64,000 bases of DNA from Spirochaetota bacterium. GTDB taxonomy: Bacteria; Spirochaetota; UBA4802; UBA5550. Positions 9,343-21,203 of the stretch are shown here, piece by piece (positions within the stretch are counted from its first letter, which is position 1; each line of letters begins with the position of its first letter). The DNA is taken from assembly GCA_963663865.1 (NCBI GenBank), contig OY760686.1, forward strand, positions 2,240,001 to 2,304,000, in the 5' to 3' direction. The notes under the pieces were generated by a model. It searched no databases, had not been told where the DNA came from, and was given only the letters and a program-made list of their open reading frames with translations. The position numbers were made by a program, and so were the translations under genes.

Positions 9343-9586
9343 TTTTCAATCCATCATTTTGTCAGGGTGTTCGTTCCACTCTTTTTTGAGAAATCATATT
9401 TCCCGCTCCACAAGATGGCAACAATTTTTTATCTGGCAGATGCTTCCTCCATTTCCCGCTAAAATCGTTTGACTGAAATATCCTTTTTGTATTTATTATA
9501 CTCTGACGGCATGCTGATTTTCCGCATCCGCCCTGCCGGCCGCTTTCGGCAGGAATCATATGTTGAATATCATAAGGAGTAACATA

Positions 9587-10468
9587 ATGTTTAAAAGGGT
9601 AGGACTCTTCCTTCTCACAAACCTGCTTATTGTGGTGACAGTAGGCGTAATCATGAACGTTGTTCTTCCGCTCTTCGGAATTCAGGTCAAGGGTTGGATG
9701 GGGCTCGCGGTGTTTTGCGGGGTCTTCGGCATGGGCGGTGCCTTCATTTCCCTGTCAATAAGCAGATGGATGGCAAAGAGGGCTTACGGAATCAGGCTGA
9801 TTTCTCCGAACGAGCAGAGCTATGAGCTCAGGGAAATTTACCAGATGACGGCCAGGCTTTCGAAACAGGCCGGCCTTCCGGCGGTTCCGGAAGTTGGCGT
9901 ATACGAGTCATCCGAGCCTAACGCCTTCGCTACCGGCCCATCAAAGGGCAAAGCTCTTGTCGCCTTCTCTACGGGACTTTTGAACTCAATGCAGAAACAT
10001 GAGGTCGAAGCGGTTGCCGCACACGAGATATCCCACATTGCTAACGGCGATATGGTGACAATGACGCTCCTTACCGGAATCGCCAACGCCCTCGTCATGT
10101 TCCTGTCAAGGGCGATCGCTCACATCATTGATAATTTCCTGAGAAGCGATGACGGAGAGGGAGGCCTTGGATTTATTGCGTACATTGTTGTAGTAATGGT
10201 CCTCGACACTGTGTTTATGATGCTGGCTTCAATTCCAATCGCTGCCTTCTCACGGTTCAGAGAGTACAGGGCCGATGCCGGTTCCGCTAAGCTGACATCC
10301 TCATCTGCGATGGCTGACGCTCTGACAGCTCTTTCAAAGGCAACAGGCGTTGAGACCAAAAAGGACTCGTACGCTATCGCCAAGATCAGCTCAAACCGAA
10401 GGACTTCAATCTGGTCAACACATCCGTCGCTGGAATCGAGAATAGAACGATTAAGAAAAATGGCATAA
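9587..10468 (+). CDS. htpX: Membrane zinc protease HtpX
   Basis: PNAFATG, HEISH, FSRFREYRAD and STHP motifs; AGGAG RBS before 9587. Confidence 0.93.
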   Translation: MFKRVGLFLLTNLLIVVTVGVIMNVVLPLFGIQVKGWMGLAVFCGVFGMGGAFISLSISRWMAKRAYGIRLISPNEQSYELREIYQMTARLSKQAGLPAVPEVGVYESSEPNAFATGPSKGKALVAFSTGLLNSMQKHEVEAVAAHEISHIANGDMVTMTLLTGIANALVMFLSRAIAHIIDNFLRSDDGEGGLGFIAYIVVVMVLDTVFMMLASIPIAAFSRFREYRADAGSAKLTSSSAMADALTALSKATGVETKKDSYAIAKISSNRRTSIWSTHPSLESRIERLRKMA

Positions 10469-10475
10469 AGATCAT

Positions 10476-10499
10476 AGCCCCCGATTAAAAGGGGGCTTT
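10476..10499. terminator. Intrinsic terminator between convergent genes
   Basis: AGCCCCC-gattaaaa-GGGGGCT hairpin followed by T residues. Confidence 0.7.
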
Positions 10500-10518
10500 C
10501 ACAAAAATTCGGCAAAGA

Positions 10519-11277
10519 TTACCTCTGCCAGCCCTCAATAATAAAGTTCTTCTCAATCAGCTTACGCTCCGAACCAGAGTGAGGTTTATACCAGATCTCA
10601 AAACGGGCCGCATAGGGCTTGCCCCAGTCTCCCTCATAAATCGTAAAATCACCATTGGATTGAAAGCGTCTAATCTCTTCAGTGTTATTCTCAACTTTCA
10701 TGCTGCTACGGGAGGACAGCCTTCCTGCAGAGAGCCTGAGGTTTTTGGTAATCTCATATGCCTTCAGATAAACAGTTCCGGGTTCGACTTTCCCCAGCCA
10801 GACATCATATTCATAAAGACCGGGCTGCAAGGAGTTGTAAAGCTGAAAATCAGGCCCTTTTCTCTTTTTGTTGACAATAGCTCCAGGTCTTATGGTACCG
10901 TAACCGTCACCAGCAGGCTTTGCAAGCTCTACATTCTCAGGAATTTTCAGGTTATCAGCAAACCGGTCTTCGGTTGTCATGGAAATGAAAACCTGGCCTA
11001 AAATGTAAAAGAAAACAGCCAATACAACAATACCCAGTACACCGCCGGAAATAAACGCCGAAAGCGACTTTCTATTAATGAGCTGATATAAAATAGCGAC
11101 AAAGAGCAACAGGGTTGCCGGGAAGAGTATATAATAAACACTAACAAGAATTTGCGGTTTATTAAAAACTGCAGCAATAATGAAAATAAGGACTATCATC
11201 ATAAAAGGTATTAATGGTCTGTACCATTTATCAAAATACCACCTGGCAAGCTTTCTAATATTAAACTTCAATTTCAC
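10519..11277 (-). CDS. Hypothetical membrane protein
   Basis: Three N-terminal TM segments and a conserved-looking C-terminus (IYEGDWGKPYAARFEIW...EGWQR). Confidence 0.75.
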   Translation of the reverse strand: MKLKFNIRKLARWYFDKWYRPLIPFMMIVLIFIIAAVFNKPQILVSVYYILFPATLLLFVAILYQLINRKSLSAFISGGVLGIVVLAVFFYILGQVFISMTTEDRFADNLKIPENVELAKPAGDGYGTIRPGAIVNKKRKGPDFQLYNSLQPGLYEYDVWLGKVEPGTVYLKAYEITKNLRLSAGRLSSRSSMKVENNTEEIRRFQSNGDFTIYEGDWGKPYAARFEIWYKPHSGSERKLIEKNFIIEGWQR

Positions 11278-12046
11278 CTCTCATAAATACAACAGCATTG
11301 CCTGATATTTCAACACGATCACCTGCCAGACTGCATTTCAACAGGCCTCTTCGCTTTGACAGCTGTATGGCGTTAAACTTCGACTTGCCCGCAACTTCCG
11401 CCCAGTAAGGGACAAGGGTTGTACAGGCCGAGCCGGTAACCGGGTCTTCATCTACACCGACTCCAGGCGCAAAGAACCTGTAAACAAAATCACTATGACG
11501 ACCTCGTGATGTTGTAATAAACCCGCGTATCGCAAGATTTATTAAAGCATTGCGGTTAAATTCAAGTGAGCTTATCTCTTCTTCATTTTCAAACACGAGC
11601 ATATAGTCGGTTTTACCTTTGTATGCCTCAGCAGGAAAATGATTAAAGCAGCTTTTAAAGACATCAAGCTTATCAATACGACTGATATCATCCACGGGAA
11701 AATCAAGCCTTATGCTTTCACCGTCCTTCTCTGCCCTCAGGACTCCGCTGCGTGAATCAAACTCAACTATGCTTCCTGAGTATCCTTCTATATTAAAAAG
11801 TACATACGCGGATGCCAGAGTCGCGTGACCGCAGAGGTCGACTTCTACTGCCGGAGTAAACCACCTTATATGGTAGCGGTTATTCTTAATGATATAAAAG
11901 GCCGTTTCAGACAGATTGTTTTCTGCTGCAATTTTCTGCATCAGTGAATCATCTATCCACTCACTGCCCAGAGAACAGACACCTGCCGGATTTCCCGCAA
12001 AAAGGCTGTCGGTAAAGGTATCAAGATGATAGAAGGTTATTTTCAT
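11261..12046 (-). CDS. PhzF-family isomerase
   Basis: FAGNPAGV, NLSETAF, EVDLCGHATLA and EDPVTGSA motifs. Confidence 0.92.
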   Translation of the reverse strand: MKITFYHLDTFTDSLFAGNPAGVCSLGSEWIDDSLMQKIAAENNLSETAFYIIKNNRYHIRWFTPAVEVDLCGHATLASAYVLFNIEGYSGSIVEFDSRSGVLRAEKDGESIRLDFPVDDISRIDKLDVFKSCFNHFPAEAYKGKTDYMLVFENEEEISSLEFNRNALINLAIRGFITTSRGRHSDFVYRFFAPGVGVDEDPVTGSACTTLVPYWAEVAGKSKFNAIQLSKRRGLLKCSLAGDRVEISGNAVVFMRGEIEV

Positions 12047-12359
12047 AATATCTGCTCCTTGAATCAAAATAATTGTAATGCTATTCCATATAATTCAATA
12101 TCTGAATCAATTATAAAACGCATCTTATGTAAACCTTACCGGAACCTGCCCATAATAATCCATCCAAAATATTAAAAGGAATCGAAAAAGGATTGTTATT
12201 TTTTAACTCTGGTATACTATCGAACAGGATTATCAGGAAGCATTCTAAATATTTTTCATTTTTGAACGCTGCCCCTTACCTGTTGTAATAATTTATTGAC
12301 AGTATGCAGGCAGATAAAATTATTACAGCAATAATAAGTAAATCCGTAACGAGGTAATA

Positions 12360-14066
12360 ATGAGCTTAAAACAAACCCTGATTAAAATGGAAAACAACAA
12401 TTCCATATTTGAAAACGCGATCCGTTCGCTTGATATTCCGACATGTTCAGTATTCGGTAAAGGTGACAATCTCAGCCCGGTCGGTTTTTCCGAAGCCGCG
12501 GACACCATTTCCACCAAAGACAGCGGAAAGGTGTCTGAATCGTTTCCTCAGACAAGCGCCGCTTCAAAAAACAAGGTGCTTAGCGCTTCGGGCGCAAACC
12601 CTTCTCCGCTGAGCGGAAAAAGAGTCGCTGTACTATTCTCCGGCGGCCCCGCCGCGGGCGGTCACAATGTTGTTTACGGACTCAAGAAGATTCTCGGGAA
12701 GAGCAACACCCTTCTCGGCGTCAAAGCCGGCCCAAAAGGTCTTCTTGAAGGAAAACTCTTTGAAATCACAGATGAAGCTGTCGCCAAGATTAAAAACACC
12801 GGTGGATTTGACTTCCTCGGAAGCGACAGGACCAAGATCAAGACTGACGAGCAGTTTGCCCGAGTCAAAAAGACATGTGTCGACAACAACCTTGACGCTA
12901 TCGTTATAATCGGCGGCGACGACTCCAACACGAACGCGGCTGTTCTCGCCGAAATCCTGTTCAGCGGAATCAAGCCTGACGGAAGCGGCGTGCAGGTTAT
13001 CGGCTGCCCTAAGACAATAGATGGGGACCTCCAGATTGGCGACATCCTCCCAATTTCCTTCGGATTTGACACCGCCACCAAGATATATGCCGAGCTTGCC
13101 GGCAACATTCTTCAGGACACACCCTCTTCAAGAAAGTACTGGCACTTTATCAAGCTTATGGGCCGTTCAGCCTCCCACGTGGCTCTTGAGGTCGCGATGC
13201 AGGTTAACCCGCCGGTGGCACTTGTCTCAGAAGAGGTTGCCGAGAAAAAGATGTCCCTTGCTAAAATTGTAGACGATATCGCGAAGGTTGTCATCTTGAG
13301 ATCAAAGAAGGGCATGAACTACGGCGCTGTTCTGATTCCGGAGGGTATTATCGAGTTCATTCCCGAGATGAATACCCTTATCGCGGAACTCAATGACAAG
13401 TTAGCCGGTGTTGACTCTGAAACCTCTGACATGACACAGGACCAGAAACGCGTCTATATAATAGGCAAACTTTCTGAAAACCACCAGGACCTTATGAACT
13501 CCCTTCCTGTTTATATTGTGGATATGCTTCTTGCTGACAGGGATTCTCACGGGAATCTTCAGGTTTCCCTTATCCCTACAGAAAAGCTCTTCATCGACAT
13601 GGTAGCCATCCGCGTTAAGGAACTCGACCCGTCTGTACCTTTCAGCACCCTCAACCACTTCTTCGGCTATGAGGGCCGCTGCGGGGCGCCGACCCTTTTC
13701 GACGCGGCTTACTGCTACAACCTGGGCCTGACTGCCGGCTCTCTGATTCTCGCCGGAAAAACAGGTTACATAGCGAGCGTCTCCGAGTTGGATAAGGGCG
13801 GCAAACCGCTTGGAATTCCGCTTACCGGACTGCTCAACATAGAAAGGCGTCACGGCAAAGATGAGTTTGTTATCGAGAAAGCCCTCGTCAAGACCGACTC
13901 TGAGGCCTTCAAATACTTTGCTGAAAGAAGAACAGAGTGGGCGGATGATGACATATTCTCCTCTTCCGGCCCTCGCCAGCTCTGGGGACCTGCCGCCAGG
14001 CAGATTCCTGTTACCGTTGCTCTCAACAGAAAGTACAGCGGACTCGGCTTCAACTTCGGCAAATAA
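12360..14066 (+). CDS. pfp: Pyrophosphate-dependent phosphofructokinase (long type)
   Basis: SGGPAAGGHNV, GGDDSNTNA (Asp diagnostic of PPi use), PKTIDGD and MGRSASH motifs. Confidence 0.93.
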   Translation: MSLKQTLIKMENNNSIFENAIRSLDIPTCSVFGKGDNLSPVGFSEAADTISTKDSGKVSESFPQTSAASKNKVLSASGANPSPLSGKRVAVLFSGGPAAGGHNVVYGLKKILGKSNTLLGVKAGPKGLLEGKLFEITDEAVAKIKNTGGFDFLGSDRTKIKTDEQFARVKKTCVDNNLDAIVIIGGDDSNTNAAVLAEILFSGIKPDGSGVQVIGCPKTIDGDLQIGDILPISFGFDTATKIYAELAGNILQDTPSSRKYWHFIKLMGRSASHVALEVAMQVNPPVALVSEEVAEKKMSLAKIVDDIAKVVILRSKKGMNYGAVLIPEGIIEFIPEMNTLIAELNDKLAGVDSETSDMTQDQKRVYIIGKLSENHQDLMNSLPVYIVDMLLADRDSHGNLQVSLIPTEKLFIDMVAIRVKELDPSVPFSTLNHFFGYEGRCGAPTLFDAAYCYNLGLTAGSLILAGKTGYIASVSELDKGGKPLGIPLTGLLNIERRHGKDEFVIEKALVKTDSEAFKYFAERRTEWADDDIFSSSGPRQLWGPAARQIPVTVALNRKYSGLGFNFGK

Positions 14067-14083
14067 TCAATTTGATAATACAA

Positions 14084-14108
14084 GGCCCCGCGAAAGCGGG
14101 GCTTTTTT
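14084..14108 (+). terminator. Intrinsic terminator
   Basis: GCCCCGC-gaaa-GCGGGGC followed by TTTTTT. Confidence 0.85.
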
Positions 14109-14167
14109 AGCTTAATTCATTCCCAGCTAAGTATTTCAACTTCGGGATATTTCCCGTACTTTTATAC

Positions 14168-15772
14168 TCATTCCCCAAAACAGATAAAATCGACTCTGTT
14201 ACGCCCATTTTGCTTTGCGTCATAAAGGGCCCGGTCAGCGAGTTCAACAACTCCAGCCGGGGTAAGCCCGTCCGCGTTATAAAGAGTAACCGCCCCGATG
14301 CTAACGGTTATCCTCCCGAATAAAGCCGATTTTTCATGATTAATGCACAGTTCCTCAACGTCGCTTCTTATTTTTTCCGCAATACGCCCGGCCCCTTCCC
14401 TGCCGGTTTCCGGCAGTACAAGCATGAACTCCTCGCCTCCGTAACGGGCAGCTACATCGTAGAGCCTGGTAACCGCATTTTTTAAAACACCGCTCACACT
14501 TCTTATGCACTCATCTCCCGCGGGATGTCCGTAAGAATCATTGTACTCTTTGAAATGGTCAATATCGAGAATAATAACCGAAAGGGGTTCGCCAGACCTC
14601 TTCATTCTGTTAAACTCTGTCCTGAGCGCGTCGTCAAGATGACGCCGGTTGGAAAGCCCCGTAAGCTTGTCCGTGATAGCGTTAAGCTGAGCTTCACGCT
14701 TCTCGGCTTCAAGCTGCTGCACGAGCTGCTCTATCTTCTTCTCGGCGGCTTTTCTCTCTGTAATATCAATAACAACGCTTATTATATGCTCTTCATCCTT
14801 AATGTATATGTTCCTTGAGGATATGAGTCCAATGAGGCATTCCCCTCCCTTCACGCGGAATGGGTACTCTCTGTTCTCAAGATGTCCGCTTTCCCTGAGT
14901 TCCCTGAAAAAACTCTTTCGGTCATCATCCGAAAACCACAAAAGCTCAGATGCCTTACTGCTGCCGATAATCTCTTCACGCGTATAGCCAGTCTTTCTTA
15001 TAAATCCGTCATTAACATCTATAAAAACCCCGTCTGAAAGCCTGGACAGTATCTTAACATCAGGGCTCATGCTGAAAAGAAGCTGAAGGTTTTCACGTTC
15101 CTTATCAATCTCAGAGTTAAGCCGCTGATTCATCATTATTATGTAGCCGAAAGTCCACATTACGCTTGAGACAAGAGGGAAAATGAAGACCGCCGCCCTG
15201 TACGGTAGATCGTAGAAATTCTCGTAGCTCTCGAGTTTCGGCATGATAATGTTTATTATTGAAGCAGTGAAAAGAAGGCTTCCGAAGCACGCAAATATTG
15301 CAGCAGTAAAAAGTGCAGATGAAGAAAAACCGGAATTCCTGCCCCTGATCAGATCGGAAGATGTCATTGCAGCCACGATGGAAGTAAGAAAATAGACAAT
15401 AAAAGAACGCATCGAAATGCTTTCTGAAGCGAACAGGAAGTAATAGTACAGTGATAGAAAAACAAGAAACGCTGCCGTCAGGAGCCTTTTTCTCACCGGG
15501 AAGCCGAGAAAAGTCCGAACTGAAGCGTTGAGAAACAGCATACCGGCAAATATTATCGGGTTTGCCAGGGCCGAAAGCACCCTCCAACGCGGAAAGAAAT
15601 ACGCCATCATGATTGTAAAGCCCAGCCCCTGTAATACAGCGCCGGTCAACCATAGCCCGGAACCTGCATAGGCCTTGTTTACCCTGTGCTGTACAAATAC
15701 CGCGAATATTTGCAGCACGTAAAGAACAGCGCCTACTCCGGCAATGGTAAAAACATCCAGCCTCATCCCCAA
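14168..15772 (-). CDS. Membrane PAS-GGDEF diguanylate cyclase
   Basis: About 7 TM segments, a PAS domain and ARYGGEEF. Confidence 0.9.
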   Translation of the reverse strand: MGMRLDVFTIAGVGAVLYVLQIFAVFVQHRVNKAYAGSGLWLTGAVLQGLGFTIMMAYFFPRWRVLSALANPIIFAGMLFLNASVRTFLGFPVRKRLLTAAFLVFLSLYYYFLFASESISMRSFIVYFLTSIVAAMTSSDLIRGRNSGFSSSALFTAAIFACFGSLLFTASIINIIMPKLESYENFYDLPYRAAVFIFPLVSSVMWTFGYIIMMNQRLNSEIDKERENLQLLFSMSPDVKILSRLSDGVFIDVNDGFIRKTGYTREEIIGSSKASELLWFSDDDRKSFFRELRESGHLENREYPFRVKGGECLIGLISSRNIYIKDEEHIISVVIDITERKAAEKKIEQLVQQLEAEKREAQLNAITDKLTGLSNRRHLDDALRTEFNRMKRSGEPLSVIILDIDHFKEYNDSYGHPAGDECIRSVSGVLKNAVTRLYDVAARYGGEEFMLVLPETGREGAGRIAEKIRSDVEELCINHEKSALFGRITVSIGAVTLYNADGLTPAGVVELADRALYDAKQNGRNRVDFICFGE

Positions 15773-16017
15773 ACCATCCTGTGACTCTTAAACGGCAACC
15801 CGCCCGGGTTTGTTGTTATAAAAATTTTAACTTACATCACTTGTCAATGATTTAAAGCGCCCGGATTGTTATCTCAACTTTTACTCTCCGTTAGATATTG
15901 GGGCATCTAAAGATTATCTGTATAAAAATCTAATTGACAAGTCACTTATTGATGTTATAGCTATAACATAGCGTATCTTCCCAAAAAATATAAATAACAT
16001 TAACATGAAGAGAAAAA

Positions 16018-17127
16018 ATGCAGCCATTTATAAAAATGATATTTTTTTTATTAATCCTAACTGTTTTTTCTTCAATCAACAGCTCGTACGCCACTCAAAA
16101 AAAATTCAGAATCTCTGCTTTCGTTCTTAAAGCTCCCAAAGGATCAGGTATTTTCTGGGACAAATTTAATTTTTTTTTAGAAAAGGCAGTTAATGACCTG
16201 GGTATGGAAATATTAGTTTACGATTTCCCCTTACATCAGGAAAAAATGACTAAAACTGCTATAGAATTAATTGAGATACAAAAACCGGATTGTATATTAA
16301 TAATAGCAGCTGATGATTTTGGACTACAACTTCTTGAAAAATCCGAAGAATTAAAAATTCCCTGTATTGTCGTTAATACAGGTTTTCGAAAAGAGTTAAA
16401 CGTTGGGCTTCCAAGAGAAAAATATAAATACTGGATTGGTGAAATCCTTCCAAATGATGAAGAGGCAGGCTACATCCTTGCTAAAAAGTTATTTCAAGAA
16501 GCAAAATTAAAAAGAAAGGGCATGGTCAATATGGTGGCTTTTTCAACCCACCACGGTGTGATGTCATTATGGGAAAGAGAAAAAGGTCTCTACAGGGCAC
16601 TTAATGAATATCCTGAGATAAACTTCTTACAGCTTTTTAACGCACACAACCAGGTCAGCGTAGCTAAAGATAAATTCAAATTATTAAAAACAGTACGCTA
16701 TCCTGAGACTTTTGTTGTATGGTGTACAATGGACCGCCTTGCAATAGGTATAATTGATGTATGCAGAGATATGGGTATTCGCCCAGGAAAAGATATCCTG
16801 CTTGGAGGTATTAACTGGAGCACTGAAGGACTCAATGCAGTTGAAAGCGGCGAACTTGTTGCAACAGTGGGAGGACATTACCTGGATGGAGCATGGGCCG
16901 CTGTACTTGCATATGACTATCTAAATGGAAAGGATTTTGCATCAGAAAACACCCGTTTCAGAACCAGGATGTTACTTATTTCAAAAGATAATCTTTACAA
17001 ATATAAAGATAAATTATCCAGAAATATCTGGAATAAAGTAAATTTTCTTAATTTCACAAAAACGCACACGAATTCAATAAAAGAATATAACTTCTCTGTT
17101 AAAAAACTTTTAGAGCAATTACAATGA
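16018..17127 (+). CDS. Periplasmic solute-binding protein (sugar-binding fold)
   Basis: Signal peptide; PREKYKYWIGEILPNDEEAGY and TVGGHY motifs. Confidence 0.8.
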   Translation: MQPFIKMIFFLLILTVFSSINSSYATQKKFRISAFVLKAPKGSGIFWDKFNFFLEKAVNDLGMEILVYDFPLHQEKMTKTAIELIEIQKPDCILIIAADDFGLQLLEKSEELKIPCIVVNTGFRKELNVGLPREKYKYWIGEILPNDEEAGYILAKKLFQEAKLKRKGMVNMVAFSTHHGVMSLWEREKGLYRALNEYPEINFLQLFNAHNQVSVAKDKFKLLKTVRYPETFVVWCTMDRLAIGIIDVCRDMGIRPGKDILLGGINWSTEGLNAVESGELVATVGGHYLDGAWAAVLAYDYLNGKDFASENTRFRTRMLLISKDNLYKYKDKLSRNIWNKVNFLNFTKTHTNSIKEYNFSVKKLLEQLQ

Positions 17128-18098
17128 AGCTGCATACTATCTTATACACATTACAAACTTTAACTACAACAGTTCTTGCTGATGCAAGAAAAAATAGAAA
17201 ACGTTCAACAATCATTATTATAGCTTTTTTCAGCCTGATCCTTCTCCTAAGTATAATTCAGAATTATCATTATAATACCTTTTTTAAAAAAGAAATGCAA
17301 AAAAGTGCTAATCAGATCGTACAATCAAGCGCTCCATTACTATGGAGTTATGACCTTACACTTGTTGAAAATAAAATAGCCTCGTTCTTAAAAAACCGCA
17401 ATATCCAAAGAATAAAAATTATGGAAAAAGGCGGACATGTTCTAATTGATTTGAATAAGGAAAATAAATCAATCGATGTAACCAAAAATAACATCTTCAC
17501 AATAACGAGCAAAGATATAGAGTATATGAAAACCAATTTTATATTATCTCTCACCTATACAACTCTTTATAAAAATAAGACCCAATCAATATTTACTTTA
17601 AGCTTCATAATTATTTCTTTTCTTTTTTGTATCTTTATGCTCAAACAGATATTGACGAAAAATAATAATAATGATAAAATTGATACCGAAGAACGATCTA
17701 GTTTTATATCGATAAAAACACAAGAAAAAGACAATATATCGTATTCTCAAAATGAACCCAGAAAACTCACTGAAGAAACAAGAGAAAAAATTGAAAAAGC
17801 TATTGAGTTTATACACGAAAATTACAAATACAATATATCAAGAGAAGGACTTGCAGCAAATCTTGATATAAATCCAGACAACCTGGGAAGATTTTTTAAA
17901 AAATATACCGGGGAAAAAATTAATGACCGGATCAATCGATTGCGAATAGAGGAAGCTGTTCGTCTTATCCAGGAAAGTGATAAAAGCATTACCGAGATCT
18001 CATATTTTGTAGGATTTGATAATGCCAGCACCTTTTATCGTTCATTTATGAAACATATGAATTTATCCCCAACTGATTTTAAAGAAAATAAAAAATAA
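17124..18098 (+). CDS. Membrane-anchored AraC-family regulator
   Basis: Two TM segments around an extracytoplasmic region; C-terminal AraC HTH (SITEISYFVGFDNASTFYRSF). Confidence 0.85.
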   Translation: MKLHTILYTLQTLTTTVLADARKNRKRSTIIIIAFFSLILLLSIIQNYHYNTFFKKEMQKSANQIVQSSAPLLWSYDLTLVENKIASFLKNRNIQRIKIMEKGGHVLIDLNKENKSIDVTKNNIFTITSKDIEYMKTNFILSLTYTTLYKNKTQSIFTLSFIIISFLFCIFMLKQILTKNNNNDKIDTEERSSFISIKTQEKDNISYSQNEPRKLTEETREKIEKAIEFIHENYKYNISREGLAANLDINPDNLGRFFKKYTGEKINDRINRLRIEEAVRLIQESDKSITEISYFVGFDNASTFYRSFMKHMNLSPTDFKENKK

Positions 18099-18104
18099 TA
18101 CTTT

Positions 18105-19799
18105 TTATAAAGTAAATCTATCAATACTTCTACCAAGTTTTTCTGTGGTACTTTTTAAGACATCAGCAGTGGCTGATTCTTCTTCAGAGGCAGCCAGCTG
18201 TTCTTCTGTCGATGCGCTGGCGTCGCTGCTTCTATCAGATATCTGTTCTGACAAATCATAGAGTATCTGCATTCCTTCATTTAGCTCTTTAAGTTTGAAA
18301 CTTATATGATGAACACTTTGAATTATTCCATCAAACACTCCGACTATCTTTAGATTACTTTCGCTGATAATGTCAATGGAAGATACAGATTCTTCCGCAA
18401 GTTTCCAGCTTTTTTCTAGAATCATGGATGACTTAGTAATTCTTTTTTCAATTTCAGCAGTATTCGATTGCATTGCTTCAATTTTTTTTCTTATTAACGT
18501 AGTCGCTTCTCCGGACTTTGTTGCCAGATTTCCAATTTCATCTGCTACTACAGCAAAACCTGTTCCAGATTTCCCTGCCCTTGCAGCTTCAATAGCAGCA
18601 TTTAAAGCAAGAATTTGTGTCTGTTCAGAAATATCTGTTATTGTTTTTAACGTATTACTGACTTCACAAGTTTGTTTATTCATTAATTGATTTTCTTCAA
18701 TAAAATCAATTAATTCATTATTTAAAATTGAATTATGATCAATTAACTGGTGTATAACTCTTTGGCTTTCCTGCAGATCAAAAGATGTATGCTGAACAAA
18801 ACTTGAAGTTTCCTTAACCTCCTGAATGATGTTTTCATTCATCTCAACAAACGAATCAACAAGAACCCCAAGATGCTTTAAAACATCTAACTGTTTATCT
18901 GATATTTCATTTAGTCTAACAGCTGTCTCAGCTATATTTGCAGCAGCCTTCTGACTTTCAGCTGTTGTGTAGAATAAAACATCTGAAGATTTTGCAATCT
19001 CAAGTATATTATTTTTTACTGTTATTATATGTTGCGATATATTTTTTTGCATAGTCATAAATGTTAAAATCAAATCATGAATTTCCAATTCGACTTCTCC
19101 GTCAAATCTCATTGGCCGGAGATCACCGCTGGCCATTTTGTCTGCTTCTTTCTTAATTATTTCCATTCTGTTCTTTATAAGCCTTAGAATTATGAAAGCT
19201 ATAAACATACTCAAAAGAAAAAGAATGACAATTGAAGAAGTAATAACAACTATAGTAAAAAAGAACATATTCTTCAATTCAGCACTTCTAAAAAACAACG
19301 CACTTAATTCTTCCTTAATAACAATAACAGTAAATTTATTAAAATATTTTAATGAAGAAATCATTTCTTTCATTATCAGTGAAGCTGATGAATACTTATC
19401 TTCCCGAATACTGATATCAAAAGCAACTGATTCATTTACAAATTTTTTATAGATATTATTTAAACACTCCATGTATCGTTCATCAATTCGGCCTTGATTA
19501 CTTTTCTTAATAATATGAATACCTTTTTCCATTTCTTTCATATTTTCATCATTAGAAATAGATATCCAACCTTTTTCAGATTTGTTTGATAAAAGCTTTT
19601 TCTTTTCTGCGACAATCCTTGAAGCAATATTTATCAACTCAAGTTCAATCATTATGTTATTAGTAGAATTTTTAAATACTGTGAAATTTCCGGAATATCT
19701 TGATAGAGAAAATATGCTGGTAATAATCATTCCTGAAATTATAATCAAAAATCCTAATAATACTTTAAACCTTAATGTATTAATCTTTATAAGCTTCAC
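18105..19799 (-). CDS. Methyl-accepting chemotaxis protein
   Basis: [30 protein letters not shown] signalling hairpin; two TM segments plus HAMP. Confidence 0.93.
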   Translation of the reverse strand: MKLIKINTLRFKVLLGFLIIISGMIITSIFSLSRYSGNFTVFKNSTNNIMIELELINIASRIVAEKKKLLSNKSEKGWISISNDENMKEMEKGIHIIKKSNQGRIDERYMECLNNIYKKFVNESVAFDISIREDKYSSASLIMKEMISSLKYFNKFTVIVIKEELSALFFRSAELKNMFFFTIVVITSSIVILFLLSMFIAFIILRLIKNRMEIIKKEADKMASGDLRPMRFDGEVELEIHDLILTFMTMQKNISQHIITVKNNILEIAKSSDVLFYTTAESQKAAANIAETAVRLNEISDKQLDVLKHLGVLVDSFVEMNENIIQEVKETSSFVQHTSFDLQESQRVIHQLIDHNSILNNELIDFIEENQLMNKQTCEVSNTLKTITDISEQTQILALNAAIEAARAGKSGTGFAVVADEIGNLATKSGEATTLIRKKIEAMQSNTAEIEKRITKSSMILEKSWKLAEESVSSIDIISESNLKIVGVFDGIIQSVHHISFKLKELNEGMQILYDLSEQISDRSSDASASTEEQLAASEEESATADVLKSTTEKLGRSIDRFTL

Positions 19800-20824
19800 A
19801 TCCCCACCTTTTCCGATAAAGCTTCTGCAGTAATAATCTCGCCCCGAACATTATTGACGGAATTTGGCACTTTTTTTGAAATTATTTTATATAATACTTC
19901 ATAAGTTTTCTCTGCAAGTAGTGCCTGTGGTTGACGTACCGTTGCAATCATCTGACCATTCTTAATTGATTCCAGTGTTTTTGGTACAGCATCAAATCCC
20001 ACAACCTTAACCTGTTCACTCATCTTTTTTAACTCTAAATATTCCATAACGCCAAATGCCATAGTATCATTTCCACAAATTATCAGTCCTGTTCTGTTAA
20101 GATGTGGAAATTTTGAAATAATTTCATAAGCACTTTGAGCAGACCAGTCTCCATTTCTAATATCGATAATAAATAAATTGTTTGAATCGTTGACTGCATT
20201 TTTTGCCGCATTGAGTCTTAATATGGCTGCATCAGACATAATGTTTCCTGAAATAATTAGCACACCAGCTTGTTTTCTGATTTTTTTTGCTGCATAACAT
20301 ATTGATTCATATGTTGATTTATAATTATCGATTGTGACAAGAGGGACAGGTTTTAAACCTATTGAACTGGCTTTTTCTACATCAATTTTATTATAGAGCA
20401 ACACAATTGGAATGGAGGCCTCCTGGACTTGTTTTATACTTTCAAGAAGACCCTCTTTGGAAACCGGAACCAGTATTATTGCATCAATACCGGATTTTGT
20501 ATAAGCACGTAACATATCATTTTGTTCAGATAAAGCCTGTTTCTCATTAGAGGGAGATTCAATAAATAGCAAATCACCTTCTTTAATTGATTTTTTTTTA
20601 AAAGCATCTATTATACTTTCCATAAAAGGATCGCCGACAATTTTATTAATAAATACAAATGAACGTCCGCTGGAATCTGCTATTTGATGTTTTATGTTTA
20701 ATAATCTTTTATGAAGAAATAAATCAGCTTCTGTTTCACTAATACATGAAAGAGGAATCACCACGTTTATAAAAAGTAATAATACGAAATATAGTTTAAA
20801 AATATTTTTTACTCTCAAAATCAA
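19796..20824 (-). CDS. RbsB-like sugar-binding lipoprotein
   Basis: [18 protein letters not shown] and VVGFDA motifs. Confidence 0.85.
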   Translation of the reverse strand: MILRVKNIFKLYFVLLLFINVVIPLSCISETEADLFLHKRLLNIKHQIADSSGRSFVFINKIVGDPFMESIIDAFKKKSIKEGDLLFIESPSNEKQALSEQNDMLRAYTKSGIDAIILVPVSKEGLLESIKQVQEASIPIVLLYNKIDVEKASSIGLKPVPLVTIDNYKSTYESICYAAKKIRKQAGVLIISGNIMSDAAILRLNAAKNAVNDSNNLFIIDIRNGDWSAQSAYEIISKFPHLNRTGLIICGNDTMAFGVMEYLELKKMSEQVKVVGFDAVPKTLESIKNGQMIATVRQPQALLAEKTYEVLYKIISKKVPNSVNNVRGEIITAEALSEKVGM

Positions 20825-21033
20825 TCATTCTCCTTGAATTCTTTATGTCTTATCAAAAAAATTGCAGGGTAAAAATTCTGATATAATTTTAACCCTGCAT
20901 AAAAACATTATTATTAGGAGGAGGTTTTGAGAACCATGCTAAAATTCCAAAACCCAATGTTAAATATAATTTAGCACAAGAGAGATTTAGAGACATCTGA
21001 ATAACTGACATGTCTGATTAATCTATAACTCAA

Positions 21034-21050
21034 ATTCTGACTGTCAGGAT
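21034..21050. promoter_or_regulatory. Palindromic operator candidate (TCTGACTGTCAG)
   Basis: ATTCTGACTGTCAGGAT shares its core with 24223-24243. Confidence 0.5.
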
Positions 21051-21152
21051 TTGAGTGACTTATTAAGAAGTTATCTTAGTAATCTTATCTATTATTATAG
21101 AATAATAAATAATTATCAATTCTCATCGTCTTTAAATAGAAATAATCACTAT

Positions 21153-21192
21153 TTAATTCCCTTCATAAAGTATTATCAATAAAGGGAATTAA
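21153..21192 (-). terminator. Hairpin after the TRAP operon
   Basis: TTAATTCCCTT...AAGGGAATTAA inverted repeat. Confidence 0.5.
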
Positions 21193-21203
21193 GAGTTAAT
21201 ACA

